A stretch of 64,000 bases of DNA. It comes from Eledone cirrhosa. Lineage: Eukaryota. The position numbers and the translations under genes were made by a program. Below are positions 1 through 15,000 of the stretch, piece by piece. The stretch's first letter is position 1. Every line of letters begins with the position of its first letter. The stretch spans positions 6,448,001 through 6,512,000 of the forward strand of contig OZ024741.1 in assembly GCA_964016885.1 (NCBI GenBank), written 5' to 3'. The notes under the pieces were generated by a model. The model was not told the origin of the DNA and searched no databases. It saw nothing but the letters and a program-made list of their open reading frames with translations.

Positions 1-3000
1 ACCTGAGAGATATAAAGGTATTCTGTACCTGACAGGTATAAAGGTATTCTGTACCTGACAGGTATAAAGGTATTCTGTACCTGAGAGATATAAAGGTATT
101 CTGTACCTGGCAGGTATAAAGGTATTCTGTTCCTTACAGGTATAAAGGTATGCTGTACCTGACAGATGTAAAGGTATTCTGTACCTGACAGATGTAAAGG
201 TATTCTGTACCTGACAGATGTAAAGGTATTCTGTACCTGGCAGATGAAAAGGTATTCTGTTCCTGACAGGTATAAAGGTATACTGTACCTGACAGATGTA
301 AAGGTATTCTGTACCTGACAGGTGTAAAGGTATTCTGAACCTGACAGGTATAACGGTATTCTGTACCTGACAGATGTAAAGGTACTCTGTACCTGACAGG
401 TATAAAGGTATTCTGTACCTGAGAGATATAAAGGTATTCTGTACCTGAGAGATATAAAGGTATTCTGTACCTGACAGGTATAAAGGTCTTCTGTTCCTGA
501 CAGGTATAAAGGGATTCTGTACCTGACAGATGTAAAGGTATTCTGTACCTGACAGGTATAAAGGTATTCTGTACCTGACAGGTATAAAGGTATTCTGTAC
601 CTGACAGATGTAAAGGTATTCTGTACCTGACAGGTATAAATGTATTCTGTACCTGACAGATATAAAGGTATTCTGTACCTGACAGGTATAAAGATATTCT
701 GTACCTGACAGGTATAAAGGTATTCTGTTCCTGACAGATGTAAAGGTATTCTGTACCTGACAGGTATAAAGGTATTCTGTACCTGACAGGTATAAAGATA
801 TTCTGTACCTGACAGGTATAAATTATTCTGTACCTGACAGGTATAAAGGTATGCTGTACCTGACAGATGTAAAGGTATTCTGTACCTGACAGATGTAAAG
901 GTATTCTGTACCTGACAGGTATAAAGCTATTCAGTACCGGACAGATGTAAAGGTATTCTGTACATGACAGATGTAAAGCTATTCTGTTCCTGACAGATAA
1001 AAAGGTATTCTGTTCCTGACAGATGTAAAGGTATTCTGTACCTGACAGGTATAAAGGTATTCTGTACCTGACAGATATAAAGGTATTCTGTTCCTGACAG
1101 GTGTAAAGGTATTCTGTACCTGACAGGTATAAAGGTATGCTGTACCTGACAGGTATAAAAGTATTCTGTACCTGACAGATGTAAAGGTATTCTGTACCTG
1201 ACAGGTATAAAGGTATTCTGTACCTGACAGATAAAAAGGTATTCTGTACCTGACAGATGTAAAGGTATTCTGTACCTGACAGGTATAAAGGTATTCTGTA
1301 CCTGACAGATGTAAAGGTATTCTGTAACTCACAGATGTAAAGGTATTCTGTTCCTGACAGATATAAAGGTATTCTGTTCCTGACAGATGTAAAGGTATTC
1401 TGTACCTGACAGATGTAAAGGTATTCTGTTCCCGACAGATGTAAAGGTATTCTGTACCTGACAGATGTAAAGGTATTCCGTACCTGACAGGTATAAAGGT
1501 ATTCTGTTCCTGACAGATGTATAGGTATTCTGTACCTGACAGATGTAAAGGTATTCTGTACCTGACAGGTATAAAGGTATTCTGTACCTGACAGGTATAA
1601 AGGTATTCTGTTCCTAACAGGTATAAAGGTATTCTGTACCTGACAGATGTAAAGGTATTCTGTACCTGACAGATGTAAAGGTTTTCTGTACCTGACAGAT
1701 GTAAAGGTATTCTGTACCTGACAGATATAAAGGTATTCTGTACCTGACAGGTATAAAGGTATTCTGTACCTGACAGGTATAAAGGTATTCTGTTCCTGAC
1801 AGATGTAAAGGTATTCTGTACCTGACAGGTATAAAGGTATTCTGTACCTGACAGGTATAAAGGTATTCTGTACCTGACAGATAAAAAGGTATTCTGTACC
1901 TGACAGGTATAAATATATTCTGTACCTGAGAGGTATAAATGTATTCTGTACCTGACAGGTATAAAGGTATTCTGTACCTGACAGATAAAAAGGTATTCTG
2001 TACCTGACAGGTATAAAGGTATTCTGTACCTGACAGGTATAAAGGTATTCTGTAACTGACAGGTATAAAGGTATTCTGTACCTGACAGGTATAAAGGTAT
2101 TCTGTACCTGAGAGCTTTAATGGTATTCTGTACCTGACAGGTATAAAGGTATTCTGTACCTGACAGGTATAAAGGTATGCTGTACCTGACAGATGTAAAG
2201 ATATTCTGTACCTGACAGATGTAAAGGTATTCTGTACCTGACAGATGTAAAGGTATTCTGTACCTGGCAGATGTAAAGGTATTCTGTTCCTGACAGGTAT
2301 AAAGGTATTCTGTACCTGACAGATGTAAAGGTATTCTGTACCTGACAGGTGTAAAGGTATTCTGTACCTGACAGGTATAAAGGTATTCTGTACCTGACAG
2401 ATGTAAATGTACTCTGTACCTGACAGGCGTAAAGGTATTCTGTACCTGACAGGTATAAAGGTATTCTGTACCTGACAGGTATAAAGGTATTCTGTAACTG
2501 ACAGGTATAAAGGTATTCTGTACCTGACAGGTATAAAGGTATTCTGTACCTGAGAGCTTTAAAGGTATTCTGTACCTGACAGGTATAAAGGTATTCTGTA
2601 CCTGACAGGTATAAAGGTATGCTGTACCTGACAGATGTAAAGGTATTCTGTACCTGACAGATGTAAAGGTATTCTGTACCTGACAGATGTGAAGGTATTC
2701 TGTACCTGGCAGATGTAAAGGTATTCTGTTCCTGAAAGGTATAAAGGTATTCTGTACCTGACAGGTGTAAAGGTATTCTGTACCTGACAGGTATAAATGT
2801 ATTCTGTACCTGACAGATGTAAATGTACTCTCTACCTGACAGGCATAAAGGTATTCTGTACCTGAGAGATATAAAGGTATTCTGTACCTGAGAGATATAA
2901 AAGTATTCTGTACCTGACAGATATAAAGGTATTCTGTACCTGAGAGCTTTAAAGGTATTCTGTACCTGACAGGTATAAAGGTATGCTGTACCTGACAGAT

Positions 3001-6000
3001 GTAAAGGTTTTCTGTACCTGACAGATGTAAAGGTATTCTGTACCTGACAGATATAAAGGTATTCTGTACCTGACCGGTATAAAGGAATTCTGTACCTGAC
3101 AGGTATAAAGGTATTCTGTTCCTGACAGATGTAAAGGTATTCTGTACCTGACAGGTATAAAGGTATTCTGTACCTGACAGGTATAAAGGTATTCTGTACC
3201 TGACAGATAAAAAGGTATTCTGTACCTGACAGGTATAAAGGTATTCTGTACCTGACAGGTATAAATGTATTCTGTACCTGACAGGTATAAATGTATTCTG
3301 TACCTGACAGGTATAAAGGTATTCTGTACCTGAGAGATATAAAGGTATTCTGTACCTGACAGGTATAAAGGTATTCTGTACCTGACAGGTATAAAGGTAT
3401 TCTGTACCTGACAGGTATAAAGGTATTCTGTACCTGAGAGATATAAAGGTATTCTGTACCTGACAGGTATAAAGGTATTCTGTACCTGACAGGTATAAAG
3501 GTATTCTGTACCTGAGAGATATAAAGGTATTCTGTACCTGGCAGGTATAAAGGTATTCTGTTCCTTACAGGTATAAAGGTATGCTGTACCTGACAGATGT
3601 AAAGGTATTCTGTACCTGACAGATGTAAAGGTATTCTGTACCTGACAGATGTAAAGGTATTCTGTACCTGGCAGATGAAAAGGTATTCTGTTCCTGACAG
3701 GTATAAAGGTATACTGTACCTGACAGATGTAAAGGTATTCTGTACCTGACAGGTGTAAAGGTATTCTGAACCTGACAGGTATAACGGTATTCTGTACCTG
3801 ACAGATGTAAAGGTACTCTGTACCTGACAGGTATAAAGCTATTCTGTAACTCACAGATATAAAAGTATTCTGTTCCTGACAGATGTAAAGGTATTCTGTA
3901 CCTGACAGGCATAAAGGTATTCTGTTCCTGACAGATAAAAAGGTATTCTGTACCTGACAGATGTAAAGGTATTCTGTAGCTGACAGGTATAAAGGTATTC
4001 TGTACCTGACAGATGTAAAGGTATTCTGTAACTCACAGATGTAAAGGTATTCTGTTCCTGACAGATATAAAGGTATTCTGTTCCTGACAGATGTAAAGGT
4101 ATTCTGTACCTGACAGATGTAAAGGTATTGTGTTCCCGACAGATGTAAAGGTATTCTGTACCTGACAGATGTAAAGGTATTCCGTACCTGACAGGTATAA
4201 AGGTATTCTGTACCTGACAGGTATAAAGGTATTCTGTACCTGACAGATGTAAAGGTATTCTGTACCTGACAGGTATAAAGGTATTCTGTACCTGACAGGT
4301 ATAAAGGAATTCTGTACCTCACAGGTATAAAGGTATTCTGTTCCTGACAGATGTAAAGGTATTCTGTACCTGACAGGTATAAAGGTATTCTGTACCTGAC
4401 AGGTATAAAGGTATTCTGTACCTGACAGATAAAAAGGTATTCTGTACCTGACAGGTATAAAGGTATTCTGTACCTGACAGGTATAAATGTATTCTGTACC
4501 TGACAGGTATAAAGGTATTCTGTACCTGACAGGTATAAAGGTATTCTGTACCTGAGAGATATAAAGGTATTCTGTACCTGACAGGTATAAAGGTATTCTG
4601 TACCTGACAGGTATAAAGGTATTCTGTACCTGACAGGTATAAAGGTATTCTGTACCTGAGAGATATAAAGGTATTCTGTACCTGACAGGTATAAAGTATT
4701 CTGTACCTGACAGGTATAAAGGTATTCTGTACCTGAGAGATATAAAGGTATTCTGTACCTGGCAGGTATAAAGGTATTCTGTTCCTTACAGGTATAAATG
4801 TATGCTGTACCTGACAGATGTAAAGGTATTCTGTACCTGACAGATGTAAAGGTATTCTGTACCTGACAGATGTAAAGGTATTCTGTACCTGGCAGATGAA
4901 AAGGTATTCTGTTCCTGACAGGTATAAAGGTATTATGTACCTGACAGATGTAAAGGTATTCTGTACCTGACAGGTGTAAAGGTATTCTGTACCTGACAGG
5001 TATAAAGGTATTCTGTACCTGACAGATGTAAAGGTACTCTGTACCTGACAGGTATAAAGCTATTCTGTACCTGAGAGATATAAAAGTATTCTGTTCCTGA
5101 CAGATGTAAAGGTATTCTGTACCTGACAGGCATAAAGGTATTCTGTACCTGACAGATGTGAAGGTATTCTGTAGCTGACAGGTATAAAGGTATTCTGTAC
5201 CTGACAGATGTAAAGGTATTCTGTAACTCACAGATGTAAAGGTATTCTGTTCCTGAAAGATATAAAGGTATTCTGTTCCTGACAGATGTAAAGGTATTCT
5301 GTACCTGACAGATGTAAAGGTATTGTGTTCCCGACAGATGTAAAGGTATTCTGTACCTGACAGATGTAAAGGTATTCCGTACCTGACAGGTATAAAGGTA
5401 TTCTGTACCTGACAGGTATAAAGGTATTCTGTACCTGACAGATGTAAAGGTATTCTGTACCTGACAGGTATAAAGGTATTCTGTACCTGACAGGTATAAA
5501 GGTATTCTGTACCTGACAGGTATAAAGGTATTCTGTACCTGAGAGATATAAAGGTATTCTGTACCTGGCAGGTATAAAGGTATTCTGTTCCTTACAGGTA
5601 TAAAGGTATGCTGTACCTGACAGATGTAAAGGTATTCTGTACCTGACAGATGTAAAGGTATTCTGTACCTGACAGATGTAAAGGTATTCTGTACCTGGCA
5701 GATGTAAAGGTATTCTGTTCCTGGCAGGTGTAAAGGTATTCTGTACCTGACAGGTATAAAGGTATTCTGTACCTGACAGATGTAAAGGTATTCTGTACCT
5801 GACAGGTGTAAAGGTATTCTGTACCTGACAGGTATAACGGTATTCTGTACCTGACAGATGTAAAGGTACTCTGTACCTGACAGGTATAAAGGTATTCTGT
5901 ACCTGAGAGATATAAAGGTATTCTGTACCTGAGAGATATAAAAGTATCCTGTCCCTGACAGATATAAAGGTATTCTGTACCTGACAGATGTAAAGGTATT

Positions 6001-9000
6001 CTGTACCAGACAGGTATAAAGGTATTCTGTACCTGACAGGTATAAAGGTATTCTGTTCCTGACAGGTATAAAGGTATTCTGTACCTGACAGATGTAAAGG
6101 TATTCTGTACCTGACAGATGTAAAGTTTTTCTGTACCGGACAGATGTAAAGGTATTCTGTACCTGACAGATATAAAGGTATTCTGTACCTGACAGGTATA
6201 AAGATATTCTGTACCTGACAGGTATAAAGGTATTCTGTTCCTGACAGATGTAAAGGTATTCTGTACCTGACAGGTATAAAGGTATTCTGTACCTGACAGG
6301 TATAAAGGTATTCTGTACCTGAGAGATATAAAGGTATTCTGTACCTGACAGGTATAAAGGTATTCTGTACCTGACAGGTATAAAGGTATTCTGTACCTGA
6401 CAGGTATAAAGGTATTCTGTACCTGAGAGATATAAAGGTATTCTGTACCTGGCAGGTATAAAGGTATTCTGTTCCTTACAGGTATAAAGGTATGCTGTAC
6501 CTGACAGATGTAAAGGTATTCTGTACCTGACAGATGTAAAGGTATTCTGTACATGGCAGATGTAAAGGTATTCTGTTCCTGGCAGGTGTAAAGGTATTCT
6601 GTACCTGACAGGTATAAAGGTATTCTGTACCTGACAGATGTAAAGGTATTCTGTACCTGACAGGTGTAAAGGTATTCTGTACCTGACAGGTATAAAGGTA
6701 TTCTGTACCTGACAGATGTAAAGGTACTCTGTACCTGACAGGTATAAAGGTATTCTGTACCTGAGAGATATAAAGGTATTCTGTACCTGAGAGATATAAA
6801 AGTATCCTGTCCCTGACAGATATAAAGGTATTCTGTACCTGAGAGATATAAAGGTATTCTGTACCTGGCAGATGTAAAGGTATTCTGTTCCTGGCAGGTA
6901 TAAAGGTATTCTGTACCTGACAGATGTAAAGGTATTCTGTACCTGACAGGTGTAAAGGTATTCTGTACCTGACAGGTATAAAGGTATTCTGTTCCTTACA
7001 GGTATAAAGGTATTCTGTTCTGGACAGGTATAAATGTATTCTGTACCTGACAGATGTAAAGGTATTCTGTACCTGACAGGTATAAAGGTATTCTGTACCT
7101 AACAGGTATAAAGGTATGCTGTACCTGACAGATATAAAGGTATTCTGTACCTGACAGGTATAAAGGTATTCTGTACCTGACAGATGTAAAGGTATTCTGT
7201 ACCTGACAGGTATAAAGGTATTCTGTACCTGACAGATAAAAAGGTATTCTGTACCTGACAGATGTAAAGGTATTCTGTACCTGACAGGTATAAAGGTATT
7301 CTGTACCTGACAGATGTAAAGGTATTCTGTAACTCACAGATGTAAAGGTATTCTGTTCCTGACAGATATAAAGGTATTCTGTTCCTGACAGATGTAAAGG
7401 TATTCTGTACCTGACAGATGTAAAGGTATTCTGTTCCCGACAGATGTAAAGGTATTCTGTACCTGACAGATGTAAAGGTATTCCGTACCTGACAGGTATA
7501 AAGGTATTCTGTACCTGACAGGTATAAAGGTATTCTGTACCTGACAGATGTAAAGGTATTGTGTACCTGACAGGTATAAAGGTATTCTGTACCTGACAGG
7601 TATAAAGGTATTCTGTTCCTGACAGATGTATAGGTATTCTGTACCTGACAGATGTAAAGGTATTCTGTACCTGACAGGTATAAAGGTATTCTGTACCTGA
7701 CAGGTATAAAGGTATTCTGTTCCTAACAGGTATAAAGGTATTCTGTACCTGACAGATGTAAAGGTATTCTATACCTGACAGATGTAAAGGTTTTCTGTAC
7801 CTGACAGATGTAAAGGTATTCTGTACCTGATAGATATAAAGGTATTCTGTACCTGACAGGTATAAAGGTATTCTGTTCCTGACAGATGTAAAGGTATTCT
7901 GTACCTGACAGGTATAAAGGTATTCTGTACCTGACAGGTATAAAGGTATTCTGTACCTGACAGATAAAAAGGTATTCTGTACCTGACAGGTATAAATGTA
8001 TTCTGTACCTGACAGGTATAAAGGTATTCTGTACCTGACAGGTATAAAGGTATTCTCTACCTGAGAGATATAAAGGTATTCTCTACCTGACAGGTATAAA
8101 GGTATTCTGTACCTGACAGGTATAAAGGTATTCTGTACCTGACAGGTATAAAGGTATGCTGTACCTGACAGATAAAAAGGTATTCTGTACCTGACAGGTA
8201 TAAAGGTATTCTGTACCTGACAGGTATAAAGGTATTCTGTAACTGACAGGTATAAAGGTATTCTGTACCTGACAGGTATAAAGGTATTCTGTACCTGAGA
8301 GCTTTAAAGGTATTCTGTACCTGACAGGTATAAAGGTATTCTGTACCTGACAGGAATACAGGTATTCTGTACTTGACAGATGTAAAGGTATTCTGTACCT
8401 GACAGATGTAAAGGTATTCTGTACCTGACAGATGTAAAGGTATTCTGTACCTGGCAGATGTAAAGGTATTCTGTTCCTGACAGGTATAAAGGTATTCTGT
8501 ACCTGACAGATGTAAAGGTATTCTGTACATGGCAGATGTAAAGGTATTCTGTTCCTGGCAGGTGTAAAGGTATTCTGTACCTGACAGGTATAAAGGTATT
8601 CTGTACCTGACAGATGTAAAGGTATTCTGTACCTGACAGGTGTAAAGGTATTCTGTACCTGACAGGTATAAAGGTATTCTGTACCTGACAGATGTAAAGG
8701 TACTCTGTACCTGACAGGTATAAAGGTATTCTGTACCTGAGAGATATAAAGGTATTCTGTACCTGAGAGATATAAAAGTATCCTGTCCCTGACAGATATA
8801 AAGGTATTCTGTACCTGAGAGATATAAAGGTATTCTGTACCTGGCAGATGTAAAGGTATTCTGTTCCTGGCAGGTATAAAGGTATTCTGTACCTGACAGA
8901 TGTAAAGGTATTCTGTACCTGACAGGTGTAAAGGTATTCTGTACCTGACAGGTATAAAGGTATTCTGTTCCTTACAGGTATAAAGGTATTCTGTTCTGGA

Positions 9001-12000
9001 CAGGTATAAATGTATTCTGTACCTGACAGATGTAAAGGTATTCTGTACCTGACAGGTATAAAGGTATTCTGTACCTAACAGGTATAAAGGTATGCTGTAC
9101 CTGACAGATATAAAGGTATTCTGTACCTGACAGGTATAAAGGTATTCTGTACCTGACAGATGTAAAGGTATTCTGTACCTGACAGGTATAAAGGTATTCT
9201 GTACCTGACAGATAAAAAGGTATTCTGTACCTGACAGATGTAAAGGTATTCTGTACCTGACAGGTATAAAGGTATTCTGTACCTGACAGATGTAAAGGTA
9301 TTCTGTAACTCACAGATGTAAAGGTATTCTGTTCCTGACAGATATAAAGGTATTCTGTTCCTGACAGATGTAAAGGTATTCTGTACCTGACAGATGTAAA
9401 GGTATTCTGTTCCCGACAGATGTAAAGGTATTCTGTACCTGACAGATGTAAAGGTATTCCGTACCTGACAGGTATAAAGGTATTCTGTACCTGACAGGTA
9501 TAAAGGTATTCTGTACCTGACAGATGTAAAGGTATTGTGTACCTGACAGGTATAAAGGTATTCTGTACCTGACAGGTATAAAGGTATTCTGTTCCTGACA
9601 GATGTATAGGTATTCTGTACCTGACAGATGTAAAGGTATTCTGTACCTGACAGGTATAAAGGTATTCTGTACCTGACAGGTATAAAGGTATTCTGTTCCT
9701 AACAGGTATAAAGGTATTCTGTACCTGACAGATGTAAAGGTATTCTATACCTGACAGATGTAAAGGTTTTCTGTACCTGACAGATGTAAAGGTATTCTGT
9801 ACCTGATAGATATAAAGGTATTCTGTACCTGACAGGTATAAAGGTATTCTGTTCCTGACAGATGTAAAGGTATTCTGTACCTGACAGGTATAAAGGTATT
9901 CTGTACCTGACAGGTATAAAGGTATTCTGTACCTGACAGATAAAAAGGTATTCTGTACCTGACAGGTATAAATGTATTCTGTACCTGACAGGTATAAAGG
10001 TATTCTGTACCTGACAGGTATAAAGGTATTCTCTACCTGAGAGATATAAAGGTATTCTCTACCTGACAGGTATAAAGGTATTCTGTACCTGACAGGTATA
10101 AAGGTATTCTGTACCTGACAGGTATAAAGGTATTCTGTACCTGACAGATAAAAAGGTATTCTGTACCTGACAGGTATAAAGGTATTCTGTACCTGACAGG
10201 TATAAAGGTATTCTGTAACTGACAGGTATAAAGGTATTCTGTACCTGACAGGTATAAAGGTATTCTGTACCTGAGAGCTTTAAAGGTATTCTGTACCTGA
10301 CAGGTATAAAGGTATTCTGTACCTGACAGGAATACAGGTATTCTGTACTTGACAGATGTAAAGGTATTCTGTACCTGACAGATGTAAAGGTATTCTGTAC
10401 CTGACAGATGTAAAGGTATTCTGTACCTGGCAGATGTAAAGGTATTCTGTTCCTGACAGGTATAAAGGTATTCTGTACCTGACAGATGTAAAGGTATTCT
10501 GTACCTGACAGGTGTAAAGGTATTCTGTACCTGACAGGTATAAAGGTATTCTGTAACTGACAGATGTAAAGGTTTTCTGTACCTGACAGATGTAAAGGTA
10601 TTCTGTACCTGACAGATATAAAGGTATTCTGTACCTGACCGGTATAAAGGTATTCTGTACCTGACAGGTATAAAGGTGTTCTGTTCTTGACAGATGTAAA
10701 GGTATTCTGTACCTGACAGGTATAAAGGTATTCTGTACCTGACAGGTATAAAGGTATTCTGTACCTGACAGATAAAAAGGTATTCTGTACCTGACAGGTA
10801 TAAAGGTATTCTGTACCTGACAGGTATAAATGTATTCTGTACCTGACAGGTATAAAGGTATTCTGTACCTGACAGGTATAAAGGTATTCTGTACCTGACA
10901 GGTATAAAGGTATTCTGTACCTGACAGATGTAAATGTACTCTGTACCTGACAGATGTAAAGGTATTCTGTACCTGACAGGTATAAAGGTATTCTGTACCT
11001 GACAGGTATAAAGTTATTCTGTTCCTAACAGGTATAAAGGTATTCTGTACCTGACAGATGTAAAGGTATTCTGTACCTGACGGATGTAAAGGTTTTCTGT
11101 ACCTGACGGATGTAAAGGTATTCTGTACCTGACAGATATAAAGCTATTCTGTACCTGACAGGTATAAAGGTATTCTGTACCTGACAGGTATAAAGGTATT
11201 CTGTTCCTGACAGATGTAAAGGTATTCTGTACCTGACAGGTATAAAGGTATTCTCTACCTGACAGGTATAAAGGTATTCTGTACCTGACAGATAAAAAGG
11301 TATTCTGTACCTGACAGGTATAAAGGTATTCTGTACCTGACAGGTATAAATGTATTCTGTACCTGACAGGTATAAAGGTATTCTGTACCTGACAGGTATA
11401 AAGGTATTCTCTACCTGAGAGATATAAAGGTATTCTGTACCTGACAGGTATAAAGGTATTCTGTACCTGACAGGTATGAAGGTATTCTGTACCTGACAGG
11501 TATAAAGGTATTCTGTACCTGACAGATAAAAAGGTATTCTGTACCTGACAGGTATAAAGGTATTCTGTACCTGACAGGTATAAAGGTATTCTGTAACTGG
11601 CAGGTATAAAGGTATTCTGTATCTGACAGGTATAAAGGTATTCTGTACCTGAGAGCTTTAAAGGTATTCTGTACCTGACAGGTATAAAGGTATTCTTTAC
11701 CTGACAGGTCTAAAGGTATGCTGTACCTGACAGATGTAAAGGTATTCTGTACCTGACAGATGTAAAGGTATTCTGTACCTGACAGATGTAAAGGTATTCT
11801 GTACCTGACAGATGTAAAGGTATTCTGTTCCTGACAGGTATAAAGGTATTCTGTACCTGACAGATGTAAATGTATTCTGTACCTGACAGGTGTAAAGGTA
11901 TTCTGTACCTGACAGGTATAAAGGTATTCTGTACCTGACAGATGTAAATGTACTATGTACCTGACAGGCATAAAGGTATTCTGTACCTGAGAGATATAAA

Positions 12001-15000
12001 GGTATTCTGTACCTGAGAGATATAAAAGTATTCTGTACCTGACAGATATAAAAGTATTCTGTACCTGAGATATATAAAGGTATTCTGTACCTGGCAGGTA
12101 TAAAGCTATTCTGTTCCTGACAGGTATAAAGGTATTCTGTTCTGGACAGGTATAAAGGTATTCTGTACCTGACAGGTATAAAGGTATTCTGTTCCTGACA
12201 GGCATAAAGGTATTCTGTACCTGACAGATAAAAAGGTATTCTGTACCTGACAGATGTAAAGGTATTCTGTACCTGACAGGTATAAAGGTATTCTGTACCT
12301 GACAGATGTAAAGGTATTCTGTAACTCACAGATGTAAAGGTATTCTGTTCCTGACAGATATAAAGGTATTCTGTTCCTGACAGATGTAAAGGTATTCTGT
12401 ACCTGACAGATGTAAAGGTATTCTGTTCCCGACAGATGTAAAGGTATTCTGTACCTGACAGATGTAAAGGTATTCCGTACCTGACAGGTATAAAGGTATT
12501 CTGTACCTGACAGGTATAAAGGTATTCTGTTCCTGACAGGTATAAAGTTATTCTGTACCTGACAGATGTAAAGGTATTCTGTACCTGACAGATGTAAAGG
12601 TTTTCTGTACCTGACAAATGTAAAGGTATTCTGTACCTGACAGATATAAAGGTATTCTGTACCTGACCGGTATAAAGGTATTCTGTTCCTGACAGATGTA
12701 AAGGTATTCTGTACCTGACAGGTATAAAGGTATTCTGTACCTGACAGGTATAAAGGTATTCTGTACCTGACAGATAAAAAGGTATTCTGTACCTGACAGG
12801 TATAAAGGTATTCTGTACCTGACAGGTATAAATGTATTCTGTACCTGACAGGTATAAAGGTATTCTGTACCTGACAGGTATAAAGGTATTCTGTACCTGA
12901 GAGATATAAAGGTATTCTGTACCTGACAGGTATAAAGGTATTCTGTACCTGACAGGTATAAAGGTATTCTGTACCTGACAGGTATAAAGGTATTCTGTAC
13001 CTGAGAGATATAAAGGTATTCTGTACCTGACAGGTATAAAGGTATTCTGTACCTGACAGGTATAAAGGTATTCTGTACCTGAGAGATATAAAGGTATTCT
13101 GTACCTGGCAGGTATAAAGGTATTCTGTTCCTTATAGGTATAAAGGTATGCTGTACCTGACAGATGTAAAGGTATTCTGTACCTGACAGATGTAAAGGTA
13201 TTCTGTACCTGACAGATGTAAAGGTATTCTGTACCTGGCAGATGAAAAGGTATTCTGTTCCTGACAGGTATAAAGGTATTCTGTACCTGACAGATGTAAA
13301 GGTATTCTGTACCTGACAGATGTAAAGGTATTCTGTACCTGGCAGATGAAAAGGTATTCTGTTCCTGACAGGTATAAAGGTATTCTGTACCTGGCAGATG
13401 AAAAGGTATTCTGTACCTGACAGGTATAAAGGTATTCTGTACCTGACAGATGTAAAGGTACTCTGTACCTGACAGGTATAAAGCTATTCTGTACCTGAGA
13501 GATATAAAGTATTCTGTACCTGACAGATATAAAGGTATTCTGTTCCTGACAGGTATAAAGGTATTCTGTACCTGACAGATGTAAAGGATTCTGTACCTGA
13601 CAGATATAAAGGTATTCCGTACCTGACAGGTATAAAGGTATTCTGTACCTGACAGGTATAAAGGTATTCTGTACCTGACAGATAAAAAGGTATTCTGTAC
13701 CTGACAGGTATAAAGGTATTCTGTACCTGACAGGTATAAATGTATTCTGTACCTGACAGGTATAAAGGTATTCTGTACCTGACAGGTATAAAGGTATTCT
13801 GTACCTGAGAGATATAAAGGTATTCTGTACCTGACAGGTATAAAGGTATTCTGTACCTGACAGGTATAAAGGTATTCTGTACCTGACAGGTATAAAGGTA
13901 TTCTGTACCTGAGAGATATAAAGGTATTCTGTACCTGACAGGTATAAAGGTATTCTGTACCTGACAGGTATAAAGGTATTCTGTACCTGAGAGATATAAA
14001 GGTATTCTGTACCTGGCAGGTATAAAGGTATTCTGTTCCTTACAGGTATAAAGGTATGCTGTACCTGACAGATGTAAAGGTATTCTGTACCTGACAGATG
14101 TAAAGGTATTCTGTACCTGACAGATGTAAAGGTATTCTGTACCTGGCAGATGAAAAGGTATTCTGTTCCTGACAGGTATAAAGGTATTCTGTACCTGACA
14201 GATGTAAAGGTATTCTGTACCTGACAGATGTAAAGGTATTCTGTACCTGGCAGATGAAAAGGTATTCTGTTCCTGACAGGTATAAAGGTATTCTGTACCT
14301 GGCAGATGAAAAGGTATTCTGTACCTGACAGGTATAAAGGTATTCTGTACCTGACAGATGTAAAGGTACTCTGTACCTGACAGGTATAAAGCTATTCTGT
14401 ACCTGAGAGATATAAAGTATTCTGTACCTGACAGATATAAAGGTATTCTGTTCCTGACAGGTATAAAGGTATTCTGTACCTGACAGATGTAAAGGATTCT
14501 GTACCTGACAGATATAAAGGTATTCCGTACCTGACAGGTATAAAGGTATTCTGTACCTGACAGGTATAAAGGTATTCTGTACCTGACAGATGTAAAGGTA
14601 TTCTGTACCTGACAGGTATAAAGGTATTCTGTACCTGACAGGTATAAAGGTATTCTGTTCCTGACAGGTATAAAGTTATTCTGTACCTGACAGATGTAAA
14701 GGTATTCTGTACCTGACAGATGTAAAGGTTTTCTGTACCTGACAGATGTAAAGGTATTCTGTACAAGACAGATATAAAGGTATTCTGTACCTGACCGGTA
14801 TAAAGGTATTCTGTACCTGACAGGTATAAAGGTATTCTGTTCCTGACAGATGTAAAGGTATTCTGTACCTGACAGGTATAAAGGTATTCTGTACCTGACA
14901 GATGTAAATGTACTCTGTACCTGACAGATGTAAAGGTATTCTGTACCTGACAGGTATAAAGATATTCTGTTCCTAACAGGTATAAAGGTATTCTGTTCCT

